From the IMG/VR virus record IMGVR_UViG_3300029288_000143, positions 14,068 through 78,067 of that record: a stretch of DNA of 64,000 bases. One strand, written 5' to 3'. The stretch comes from a virus. Its lineage: Duplodnaviria; Caudoviricetes. Both the position numbers and the translations under genes were made by a program. Shown here one piece after another: positions 56,187 to 64,000 of this stretch. The notes below the pieces were generated by a model that saw only the letters and a program-made list of their open reading frames with translations, was not told the origin of the DNA and made no database searches. The stretch's first letter is position 1. Every line of letters begins with the position of its first letter.

Positions 56187-56504
56187 ATGAAAATCAGAAC
56201 CGGTTTTGTAAGTAACTCGAGTAGTTCAAGCTTTTTGATTTGGGGCACCTTTGTCGAGGTAGACAAATTCGGCGAGGAATTCGATCGCGATGAAGTCGAA
56301 GGCGACATCGTGCACTCCGCCGGGCCCGACGACGACTATTACGTTTACGTCGGACGTGTGCCTAAAGAGTGTCGTGATGACGAAACCATGGGGCAATTCA
56401 AAGCCCGCGTCGAGACCGACGCCAGAGCGTTCCTGGCTGAGCAAAAAGTCGACGCGACAAATCTGAAATTTGGATGGCATTCGGCCGCGTGGTACGACGG
56501 ATAG
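56187..56504 (+). CDS. MKIRTGFVSNSSSSSF-family protein 3 (close paralogue of protein 2)
   Basis: GAGGAGG SD; shares DETMxxF..RVET...FGW....W.D. Confidence 0.85.
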   Translation: MKIRTGFVSNSSSSSFLIWGTFVEVDKFGEEFDRDEVEGDIVHSAGPDDDYYVYVGRVPKECRDDETMGQFKARVETDARAFLAEQKVDATNLKFGWHSAAWYDG

Positions 56505-56603
56505 AACGACTTTGGTCGTTTTAAAAAATCAGATACCTGCCGGGCGACTGTAGTCAAATCTGCAAAACGTGAAACCATTATCATTTAGTCACTGGAGGAT
56601 GAT

Positions 56604-56792
56604 GTGCAATTAATTGCTCTACGTTTTGAGATCAAAACCGACGGCATTGGGAAATGCGCGGAGGAGTGTCCGCAGTTGGCACGGGAGCACCCAGGATCAA
56701 CTTATCCAGATCGCTGCAGGGCATTCAAGGCCGACATTAGAGGTCTGGAACGTTTGCTCCAGTGCATGAAACACGAAATTGAGGTGCATTAA
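56604..56792 (+). CDS. Small Cys-containing hypothetical protein
   Basis: GGAGGA SD, GTG start; CAEECP..CRAF. Confidence 0.45.
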   Translation: MQLIALRFEIKTDGIGKCAEECPQLAREHPGSTYPDRCRAFKADIRGLERLLQCMKHEIEVH

Positions 56793-56793
56793 A

Positions 56794-57153
56794 ATGGTGA
56801 CAAAGTACGTAGAAGAAGATCTGGGTGAGTTTGTTTCTCAATCCAGGCTTGATCTCGATGCAGTAATTCAGCATCTGATGGAACTGCGCAAAAACATACT
56901 AGAAGCTGGGTTTTCAGACGTTTGGCTGGAATATGACCCAGACGATATATGTGGTGAATGTGGTAGAAGCAACTTGCACGTTAGAGCTTCGCGACCCGAA
57001 ACGCCTGCCGAGCGTGAAAAACGAGAGCAGCGCGAAGCTGCTGCACTAGCCCGCGATGCGCGCGAGAAAAAAGCCAAAGCAAAGAAGCTAATAGCTAGAG
57101 TTCGTAGTCTTGGTTTTTCGAATGAAGAAGTACTCGCCCAGTTCAAGAAGTAG
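56794..57153 (+). CDS. Hypothetical protein with charged helical tail
   Basis: GAGGTG SD; ATG 56794. Confidence 0.6.
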   Translation: MVTKYVEEDLGEFVSQSRLDLDAVIQHLMELRKNILEAGFSDVWLEYDPDDICGECGRSNLHVRASRPETPAEREKREQREAAALARDAREKKAKAKKLIARVRSLGFSNEEVLAQFKK

Positions 57154-59199
57154 TTAGAATCCCATCTTCTTTCCACCTCGTCCTAATTCCTCAACGAGAT
57201 ATTCCCGTGTAACCTCGACGCCCAGGACCTCGGCCTTCCGGATGGCCCGGATGAAGTTCTGCGGCAGGCAGGGCGTCGAAACATTTCTAGCGCCACCGGA
57301 AAACCGATTCAAAAATCCAGCAATCTGCTGAGGTTTAAGAAAATCAAATTCCAGAGTCACGGCGAAGCAACTCAGCAAACCGCTGGGGAGTCTTTCGCTG
57401 GGACCCGAGGTACACAACACCAAGCCTGGATGACGTGAAATCAAAGTTGCCAAATTATCCGACATGATAGTGTTGTTGGCGTCAGTATCTTCTGTCTGGC
57501 AATCGAATAGCGCATCAATATCCGTGATGACTCCAACAGCGCCTTCCCGTCGAAGTTTTTCAAAGAATTTCCTCATGACCATGGCGGTATCATGGGGCGA
57601 ATCCGAAATAAAGTCAGTAGCGCTTTTCTGGGTCACAACACCTGCAGATTCCCCGAGCCAGCGCGCAGCACTTCTTCGGCCCGAGCCAAATGGTCCGGAA
57701 CACAAAACAGCACAAGGGTGCTGGGCCAATTTGGGAGCCAAGCTGGCCAAGTCCAAGGAACAGTTTACAAGGGCAGGATCGAACTCCAAGCTGGGGTTAG
57801 TTCGAGGCAGAATTTCGTGTTCTGAAGAGTAAAGCTTCAAGTACTCTTCAGCCAGCAAATCCACGCAGTGGTCGGAAGTTTCGGGCGACACGGCGTGAAT
57901 GACTTCCGTGACCTTGGCCATGCGGGCCAAGTCGGCGGCCGAGAGGTTGTCATTCAGCAGGTACTCAGGTACTTTCGCGATGCCAGAGAAATAATGCTCG
58001 GCGATTTTCTTTCGAGTTTTTCGCGCTGGCACCGACATATTCAGGACCAGGTCAAACCTACGCAACACCGCCGAATCCATGTCCCGACAGGAATTGGTAA
58101 TCCAGAATGTTGGAACTGCATTGGTTTCCAGGAGGCGGTTCACAAAACCTTTGGCGCGTTGTTTAGCGGTAGTATCGGAATCCGGGGCGAATACATCTTC
58201 GACTTCGTCAAACAATAGCAGCGCGGCAGAACCTCGACGTAGAATTTCCTGAGCCAGACGATACGCCGTGAGTCGATCGTCGCGGTCTTTGGCCGAGAGA
58301 TCGGAGTTCTCTTCCACGACGCCAAAAAGAGGAACGCCCAGACTCTGAGCCAAAACTCTCGCGACCTCGCTTTTGCCTACACCTGGACGACCGTACAACA
58401 GCACATTGACGCCAGTTTTCTTTTTCGCGATGGCAGCATCGAGGTATTGACGGAACACCGTGAGTTTATCGTGATAATATTCAAAGTCATCCAGTGTCAG
58501 GCTGGTTGGGCTTGTGGGCAAAAAGAAAGTATTGAACACTTCATGGGGTTGCGCCGTGTAGATTTGTCGAGCCAAATCTTCCGAAAGTTCGAAAAACCTA
58601 TCGTTGTTTTCAGGGCGTAGGCGCAAGATACCTGAACGAACCAGCGTGCTGCCGGGCTGTAGACACGTCTCGATGACTTTTTCGTCGTGGCCCAAAACAG
58701 CGTAAATATTACTATATAATCCTTTCAGAGTACCGATATCAGTTTTACAAACCAACGGTTCGAAAAAAGTGCAATCATACACCGCGGCAAGAAATAGCAG
58801 AACATCGCGTTCGACTGGAGTCAAAGCCAGAACACGAGTAATCGCCGCCACGTTACTGGTAACGTGCTGGTCAAATGGAACTATTTCATGCTGTGCCGCG
58901 AGATACTCAGTGATGACGTCTTGAAGTTTAGTAAGTACCGCGGCGACCTCAGGCTCCTCGATAAGTGCACTAATTTTATCCGCAGAATGCAGCCGCTTGA
59001 GGCTGGAGGGCAGTCCGGCTTTGGTCGTACATGTTAGACCACGGCAGACAGAAAACTTTTCCTGTAGTTCTTCGGGGAGAAAACGTAACGGCGAGGCGTG
59101 CCAATTCGACACCGCCGAAGCTAGAAAATCCGGCCAACTCAAGGCGCCGGAGTTCAGACCACGGAGAAGCCATAGGCCAACATCACAGCATTGTGTCAT
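57154..59199 (-). CDS. Double-AAA+ ATPase (active D1, degenerate D2)
   Basis: GRPGVGKS, LLFDEVEDVF, WITN, LRRFD; D2 GPFGSGRRS / ITDIDAL; ATG 59199 set by the leaderless promoter. Confidence 0.85.
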   Translation of the reverse strand: MTQCCDVGLWLLRGLNSGALSWPDFLASAVSNWHASPLRFLPEELQEKFSVCRGLTCTTKAGLPSSLKRLHSADKISALIEEPEVAAVLTKLQDVITEYLAAQHEIVPFDQHVTSNVAAITRVLALTPVERDVLLFLAAVYDCTFFEPLVCKTDIGTLKGLYSNIYAVLGHDEKVIETCLQPGSTLVRSGILRLRPENNDRFFELSEDLARQIYTAQPHEVFNTFFLPTSPTSLTLDDFEYYHDKLTVFRQYLDAAIAKKKTGVNVLLYGRPGVGKSEVARVLAQSLGVPLFGVVEENSDLSAKDRDDRLTAYRLAQEILRRGSAALLLFDEVEDVFAPDSDTTAKQRAKGFVNRLLETNAVPTFWITNSCRDMDSAVLRRFDLVLNMSVPARKTRKKIAEHYFSGIAKVPEYLLNDNLSAADLARMAKVTEVIHAVSPETSDHCVDLLAEEYLKLYSSEHEILPRTNPSLEFDPALVNCSLDLASLAPKLAQHPCAVLCSGPFGSGRRSAARWLGESAGVVTQKSATDFISDSPHDTAMVMRKFFEKLRREGAVGVITDIDALFDCQTEDTDANNTIMSDNLATLISRHPGLVLCTSGPSERLPSGLLSCFAVTLEFDFLKPQQIAGFLNRFSGGARNVSTPCLPQNFIRAIRKAEVLGVEVTREYLVEELGRGGKKMGF

Positions 59200-59205
59200 G
59201 CGGGC

Positions 59206-59277
59206 ATTGTAGTGCACGACGGCCAAGCGGTCAAGCGGAAAATTGAGCTTGACGGCCGGGCTGCCAGGTGCTACAAA
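59206..59277. promoter_or_regulatory. Back-to-back divergent sigma70-type promoters
   Basis: Minus: TTGACC(59234)-17-TACAAT-6-ATG(59199); plus: TTGACG(59249)-17-TACAAA. Confidence 0.7.
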
Positions 59278-59293
59278 GGTCAAGGAGGCCAAG

Positions 59294-59665
59294 ATGGAAA
59301 GCTCTGATGTTCTCGATCCCTGCCCGGTTTGCTACAATTTCAGCCATCGTGGTGTTCCCTGCCGCGATAAAACCTACGAGGAGTCCGTTATGCACTGGTG
59401 GGATGGAGGAAATCTACCGGTGCTAAATAGCTTTTTCCATGCCGTCGAGGAAGTCGCAACCGGGCTTAGAAGAGCCACGATGGCATTCCCAGCGCTTATA
59501 GACAATCTAGTGGAAGTAAGGCCGAAGATTTCCGCGCTGTGCGACGCGGCGCGTGACACAGTGGATGCTTGGCGGAAACAAGGGCATCAGAACTGTCAGT
59601 GCGAGGTTTGCCAGGCGGTTGACCGCCTGTACTGTTGCTGGGAAGCGTTTGACCCAAGGCGCTGA
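59294..59665 (+). CDS. Cys-rich hypothetical protein
   Basis: AAGGAGG SD; CPVC..H..C and C.CEVC. Confidence 0.65.
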   Translation: MESSDVLDPCPVCYNFSHRGVPCRDKTYEESVMHWWDGGNLPVLNSFFHAVEEVATGLRRATMAFPALIDNLVEVRPKISALCDAARDTVDAWRKQGHQNCQCEVCQAVDRLYCCWEAFDPRR

Positions 59666-59681
59666 CCGATCGGAGCATGTA

Positions 59682-60086
59682 ATGACGTATAAAAAACTCA
59701 TGTACACCAAGAAATATATCTTCGAGCGCCTCGATGAGTTGCTGACTACTGCGCTGCATTACCATTACCTCGCGACAACACAGGCGCAATCAGCGCAGCA
59801 CTATAAGCGTTACTGGCAGGATGAAAAAACCATGAATTTGCTGCTGGTTGCTAGGATCATGCGGCATTCGGCCACAATTTCAAGCTCTGCGAAGCTCAAA
59901 TGTGTTAAAAAAGTCGAGCAGCAACTTAGAAGGGAAAACACCGGGCGCATCCAAGATGCTAGAGAGCATTTCGGCAAGGTGTTCCCCGGTGAAACCACGC
60001 TAAATCCCACGAAGCAGGATATTGATGCCTTCTGGCGCGAGGTCAACGACAAAATGGCCGGAGCTGTAGCGGATTTTGAAGCGTAG
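59682..60086 (+). CDS. Hypothetical helical protein
   Basis: GGAG SD; ATG 59682. Confidence 0.55.
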   Translation: MTYKKLMYTKKYIFERLDELLTTALHYHYLATTQAQSAQHYKRYWQDEKTMNLLLVARIMRHSATISSSAKLKCVKKVEQQLRRENTGRIQDAREHFGKVFPGETTLNPTKQDIDAFWREVNDKMAGAVADFEA

Positions 60087-60106
60087 CGCTCAACAAGAGG
60101 TGAACC

Positions 60107-60976
60107 TTGTCATATAGGCACATCGGAAATCTCTACCAGAACCAAACAATCCTTCAGTTCAAACGTTGTTTTTGGACTGAGAAAGTTCATGGGACCTCGG
60201 CGTCCCTGTCTTGGAATTCCGGTACTTTGAAGTACTCTCCAGGCGGATGCAAATATGACACTTTCGTGGCCATTTTCAACCACGAGGCTCTCGTCGCGGC
60301 GTTTACCGAATTGGGCCACGACGAGGTCGTGGTTTATGGGGAGCAGTACGGAGGCAAGCAGCAGGGGATGAGCAAGACCTACGGGCCAGATCCAAAATTC
60401 ATCGTGTTCGAGGTTCAGGTCGGTGAGTTCTGGCTCGATGTTCCCAAGGCCGCAAACGTCGCGGAGAAGCTCGGGTTGGAGTTTGTACCCTGGGGAGAAA
60501 TTCCAGCCGAGATGGCAGACATCGACGCGGCTCGGGATGCTGATTCCGAGGTAGCAGTAAGGCGCGGCATGGGACCCGGTCATAAGCGCGAGGGTGTGGT
60601 GCTCAGGCCCATCACGGAATGGATTCACCAATCCGGTCATGGGCCCATCCGGGTAAAACACAAGCGCGAGGATTTCCAGGAGACCCGGACCAAACGGGTT
60701 GTCGGCGACCCCTTGGCCGTGCAAGCCGGTGAAGCCGCTGCGCTCGAATGGGTCACGGACGAGCGCATGCGCCACGTTTGTGACCATGTTGCTGCGGTGC
60801 TCGGAAGGCCGCCCGTGATGGAAAATGTTCGTGATGTCATCGCGGCTATGATCGAGGATGTCTTGCGCGAGGGTGCGGAGGAAGTCACTGACGATCGACC
60901 GACGCGCAAGGCCATTGGGACAGCGGCAGTGAAAGCATTCAAGGCGAGGTTGATGGCCCACGGAGATGACGCTTGA
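60107..60976 (+). CDS. RNA ligase (Rnl2 family)
   Basis: TEKVHGT (adenylation Lys), VYGEQYG, FIVFEV, LEFVP, REGVVLRP, VKHK; GAGGTG SD, TTG start. Confidence 0.88.
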   Translation: MSYRHIGNLYQNQTILQFKRCFWTEKVHGTSASLSWNSGTLKYSPGGCKYDTFVAIFNHEALVAAFTELGHDEVVVYGEQYGGKQQGMSKTYGPDPKFIVFEVQVGEFWLDVPKAANVAEKLGLEFVPWGEIPAEMADIDAARDADSEVAVRRGMGPGHKREGVVLRPITEWIHQSGHGPIRVKHKREDFQETRTKRVVGDPLAVQAGEAAALEWVTDERMRHVCDHVAAVLGRPPVMENVRDVIAAMIEDVLREGAEEVTDDRPTRKAIGTAAVKAFKARLMAHGDDA

Positions 60977-61016
60977 CACTGGGCAAAAATATGCTACTAA
61001 TGAGTCGAGAAGTAAC

Positions 61017-61184
61017 ATGAGCACGAATTCAACAACGGGCAGAACATTGAGTTGGTGGGGCGCATTGGTCTGGATAGTGGCTAGCGGGGCATTTGCCGTA
61101 GTAGAGAAAACCATGTTTCTTCGGCTGATGTTTGTTCTCAGCGCAGTAATTACAGCGTTGACCCTACCGAGGAGCCCGTCGTGA
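61017..61184 (+). CDS. Small two-helix membrane protein
   Basis: WWGALVWIVASGAFAVV and FLRLMFVLSAVITALTL. Confidence 0.5.
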   Translation: MSTNSTTGRTLSWWGALVWIVASGAFAVVEKTMFLRLMFVLSAVITALTLPRSPS

Positions 61185-61780
61185 GTTTCAAAGCTGAAAT
61201 CGAAATCGATCCAGACGACGATAATGTGCATTGCGGGTGCTGCCGGTGGGCAGACACGGACAGGGGATGTTGCTTCTTCGACGTACCGCTATGGGTGCTT
61301 CAAAACAAAGATGGTGAGTTTGTGCACGGGGCAGGTTACATGCGCTGCCCCGCGTGTCTGGCGGCGGAAAAACGCAGCGGTTCTGGAATCGCGCACGAGA
61401 AGGCTGAGGCCGACAGCAGTTACTGGGAGCACAGAGCCAGAAAGACCGAGGATTCTCGTGGTGCCTTTTTCACCGCCCTGATGGTCGTCTCAGGCTGGCA
61501 GGAGGACGTTGCTCGGGCGCTGGGTTTCCTGAACCAGCCCGAGGGACAAGAGGGCTACGAAGTGGCCAGCGCCCAGACCGTGATCGAGGCTTGGCAGGCG
61601 ATGGAGCGGGAGTGCATTGATCTGCGCGCCCGGCTGCTGCTGGAGCAGGGCAAGCGTCAGGACCTCTGCGGCATTCCCGTCGAGGCGGACCCCACGGTGC
61701 CGGCGGGAGAAGTGCAAGTTCGCGTGCCGCGGTCCGGTAGTCGACGGCTGCAGCGCTTGATGATAGCAAAAAGACGATGA
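61181..61780 (+). CDS. Hypothetical protein with Cys cluster and coiled coil
   Basis: HCGCC...CCFF...RCPAC; overlapping start and stop. Confidence 0.6.
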   Translation: MSFKAEIEIDPDDDNVHCGCCRWADTDRGCCFFDVPLWVLQNKDGEFVHGAGYMRCPACLAAEKRSGSGIAHEKAEADSSYWEHRARKTEDSRGAFFTALMVVSGWQEDVARALGFLNQPEGQEGYEVASAQTVIEAWQAMERECIDLRARLLLEQGKRQDLCGIPVEADPTVPAGEVQVRVPRSGSRRLQRLMIAKRR

Positions 61781-62088
61781 GAGGCATGCAGGCCTGGACG
61801 AAGGAGCAATTCGAGAAGTCAAAACACATCGCGCGACAGCACGACCGCAAGTGCCGGCTCAGGATGGCGATGGTCGCGGGCAACCCAGACGAGGTCTGCA
61901 CTTGCGACGGGCACCGCAACCGCTGGGGCGAGGTCACTCGGGTGCCCCGGGAGCGTACGCTCGACGAAGTGGAGGTGGCGATCGGAGTCCAAAGTGACAT
62001 CGTCGTTCTGCCTCTTCAACCGGATGCAGGCGTGTTCGCTGAGTACACGAAGGACGCAGTGAAGGCAGTCCGCCATGCCTTCGACTAA
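61777..62088 (+). CDS. Hypothetical protein
   Basis: ATGA overlap; H..KC...CTC. Confidence 0.55.
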   Translation: MRGMQAWTKEQFEKSKHIARQHDRKCRLRMAMVAGNPDEVCTCDGHRNRWGEVTRVPRERTLDEVEVAIGVQSDIVVLPLQPDAGVFAEYTKDAVKAVRHAFD

Positions 62089-62109
62089 GCCGCGTCGAGG
62101 AGTGACGTT

Positions 62110-62421
62110 ATGAAGCCGAAGGTCTACATCAGCCCGGATGGGCATCAAGTCGAAGCAATTCAGTTTCCCGACGACAGCGAGATCGACGACGATGCTTGGT
62201 TCGAGGGCGCACGTGAGTGCCTGCGGTTCATCGGGTTCGACCGCCTCGTGAAGGTCGATTTAGAAAATCCCGACGAAGGCATCGTCTTCTCGACCGGCGG
62301 CAACGACAACGCCTGGTGTGCCTGGCCGGGAAGCTGGATCGTCCGGGACACGAACTACCGATACCGGGTGATGAACGACATCGAGTTCACGGCCAACTAC
62401 AGGCCGCGGGGAGAAGGCTGA
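62110..62421 (+). CDS. Small phage protein (VEAIQF...PGSWIV..Y..F..NY family)
   Basis: GAGGAG SD; motif common in phage early regions. Confidence 0.65.
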   Translation: MKPKVYISPDGHQVEAIQFPDDSEIDDDAWFEGARECLRFIGFDRLVKVDLENPDEGIVFSTGGNDNAWCAWPGSWIVRDTNYRYRVMNDIEFTANYRPRGEG

Positions 62422-63014
62422 TGGCCGGCAAACCCATCAAGGTTTCACGTCTGGAGCACCGCTTGTCCGGCGTCAAGGCAGACGTGCTGTTCTGCCGCTC
62501 GACCAAAGCGTTTTACGTGAACATAATGGGGCACCAGGTAGGCGCAGAGTCAGAAAAGGAGTGCGTACGAAAAGCGCACGAATACTGCGACTCCCTGGTC
62601 AACCTCGAATGGAAGAAGGTGATTATCATCAACACCCGAGTCAAGGAATATTTCAACGATGCAGACGACGCGGTGTGTTTGCGGTACCGCATCGATGTCA
62701 TCGCACGAAAACTCGGAGGTGGGTATCTGCACGTCGGTTCCGGCACGGTGCCCGTCGAAGAATACGCTTACTTTGCTTCGTCCTACCACGATCCAGTGGA
62801 GAGCAGGCCAGAGAAGGGTGAGTACATTCTTCCGTATTCGGAAGAGCTGGTCATGGCTTTGGACAAGATCATGTTGGGCATCAAGGTGCTCAGGTCTTCG
62901 CTCGATGCCCTGATGGCATCGAGCGATTCGGCGCGCATCATCGAGACGGCCACCAAGAGTGCTTGGGCAGCGCTCACGGACGGCAAGTCTGAATCCGAGG
63001 AGGTAACACCATGA
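62421..63014 (+). CDS. Hypothetical protein
   Basis: TGATG coupling; MAGKPIKV... Confidence 0.65.
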   Translation: MAGKPIKVSRLEHRLSGVKADVLFCRSTKAFYVNIMGHQVGAESEKECVRKAHEYCDSLVNLEWKKVIIINTRVKEYFNDADDAVCLRYRIDVIARKLGGGYLHVGSGTVPVEEYAYFASSYHDPVESRPEKGEYILPYSEELVMALDKIMLGIKVLRSSLDALMASSDSARIIETATKSAWAALTDGKSESEEVTP

Positions 63015-63277
63015 AACTCTTCAAAATCACCTACAATGTCACGATTTTTATGGCTGTTCCAGACCACGAAGTTTTCGAAGGCGAACTCGATGACGAACAC
63101 GTGCCTGCCCTCGAAGCTGTGTTGAAGCGTGGTGCTGCGCGCCTACTGCGCCAAAGCAGTGAAGAGATCGAGAGCATGAGTCAGGTCATGCACGACGAGG
63201 ATGACGCCGTGATTTATGGCTCGGGTGGCTCCACGGTCAAGGCGTATTTCACTAAGCAAAACGGAAAGGTCGACTAA
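63011..63277 (+). CDS. Hypothetical acidic protein
   Basis: GGAGG SD; ATGA overlap. Confidence 0.6.
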   Translation: MKLFKITYNVTIFMAVPDHEVFEGELDDEHVPALEAVLKRGAARLLRQSSEEIESMSQVMHDEDDAVIYGSGGSTVKAYFTKQNGKVD

Positions 63278-63283
63278 TTATCG

Positions 63284-63586
63284 ATGCGCAAAATTAAGCG
63301 CCGCCCGCTTTGCGGGGCTAAAGGCCAAAGAATCAAGCTGTCACCTGGCGGTGCTGAGTTTGTGCGGTGTGCTGGCCTCGACTGCGAAATGCACGACGTA
63401 ACACTCAGAATTGAGACTTGGAACTGTCGTGCCACTACCGTGGCTGATGCCGTGCAGGTTCCTGAGGTTAAAGCACTAGTAGAAGGAGTTAATTCTTTAA
63501 TTGATTTATATGGCGACGACCCAGGAACTAATTATAACGTCATAACTGCTATGATGCGGTTGGTCGGACCATTTACCATCTACTGA
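63284..63586 (+). CDS. Lar-like Zn-ribbon small protein
   Basis: PLCG...FVRC...C....ETWNCRA pattern. Confidence 0.5.
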   Translation: MRKIKRRPLCGAKGQRIKLSPGGAEFVRCAGLDCEMHDVTLRIETWNCRATTVADAVQVPEVKALVEGVNSLIDLYGDDPGTNYNVITAMMRLVGPFTIY

Positions 63587-63605
63587 TCGAAATATGGAGG
63601 CAAAA

Positions 63606-63812
63606 ATGAAAATCAGAGTTCAGTTCAAGGACCCGGATGCTATCTACGAGGCCATCGAAGCCGCGGTGAAGCGCAGCGTAGCCGAACTCTCGGGAGTTTC
63701 GCCGACCGAACGCGAACTAATTCTGGAGGCCCGGCAAGAAGAGGTATCGGAGTTTTGCACTCGCTGGTTTGAGTCAGGGGATTACTGCGTGGTGGAGATC
63801 GATAGTTCCTAA
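63606..63812 (+). CDS. Small hypothetical protein
   Basis: GGAGG SD; MKIRVQFKDPDAIYE...WFESGDYCVVEID. Confidence 0.6.
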   Translation: MKIRVQFKDPDAIYEAIEAAVKRSVAELSGVSPTERELILEARQEEVSEFCTRWFESGDYCVVEIDSS

Positions 63813-64000
63813 AAGTTTTGCGTTTTACTACGCACACGTTTAGGTTTAATCCGACTGTCCAAGTCCCCATGGTCTTGGTCTAGTCTGACGGATGCACTAC
63901 CCTTAGTCACCACTATAGCGTCTAAGTCAACATCCGGAAATCTAGTCTTAAATCTAGATAAAAGAATAGATTTCACTTTGCCAACATCAAGGCCATTAAG
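63809..64000 (-). CDS. 3' end of a convergent minus-strand gene (partial)
   Basis: Open frame LNGLDVGKVKSILLSRFKTRFPDVDLDAIVV...KTQNF* running off the window edge. Confidence 0.4.
   Translation of the reverse strand, partial: LNGLDVGKVKSILLSRFKTRFPDVDLDAIVVTKGSASVRLDQDHGDLDSRIKPKRVRSKTQNF

Noticed and set aside
59200-59292. ORF-track N-terminal extensions (59292, 44797, 50181, 24082, 49181 starts)
   Set aside because: They overlap the -35/-10 boxes of their own promoters, so downstream ATGs were used.
60973-61001. Possible sigma70 promoter TTGACA...TACTAA
   Set aside because: 16-nt spacer with a poor -10 box, and it lies inside a coupled gene run.
60110-61231. 373-aa minus-strand ORF and other long antisense ORFs (e.g. 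3365..4000, 14011..14781, 42333..43061, 50429..51118)
   Set aside because: Shadow frames of well-supported plus-strand genes, with no motifs, SD or promoter.
1-64000. CRISPR array, tRNA or rRNA genes
   Set aside because: No regularly spaced direct repeats or cloverleaf/rRNA-like segments seen by eye, and intergenic gaps are short. tRNAscan-SE and a CRISPR finder would be needed to exclude them formally.
1-64000. Genome-wide stop-codon reassignment
   Set aside because: Long conserved genes (sheath, ligase, thyX, IscB) are uninterrupted in the standard code, and TAA, TAG and TGA all end coupled genes.

Overview
This window is a segment of a large (jumbo-type) tailed dsDNA phage with a contractile tail, almost all on the + strand. 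It runs through: the 3' end of the major capsid gene; a large block of head, decoration and LamG-type virion proteins; a phage sigma-like factor; a tail module (1176-aa sheath, tube, tail assembly chaperone with a C_CCT_TTT -1 frameshift, tape measure); two peptidoglycan hydrolases; ThyX; a DNA ligase; an Rnl2-type RNA ligase; a double-AAA ATPase; four free-standing HNH/GIY-YIG endonucleases; and an apparently intact non-autonomous IscB/omega-RNA element whose ORF is fused in frame to a phage gene. The most striking unexplained pattern is a ~12-aa motif ([ILF]-x-[YFV]-x-[GND]-x-x-Y-x-x-A-like) at the N-terminus of ten otherwise unrelated proteins, including a nucleotidyltransferase and a possible ADP-ribosyltransferase. 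I infer it is a capsid-packaging/injection tag. In one gene the tag is joined to its cargo only through a CCC_TGA +1 frameshift. Two promoter classes are visible: host sigma70-type promoters (five giving leaderless mRNAs) and a phage-specific CAC[GC]TTA-N5-TA[GAT]TA[GA] motif upstream of virion genes. All family assignments come from motif recognition by eye; no database searches were run.
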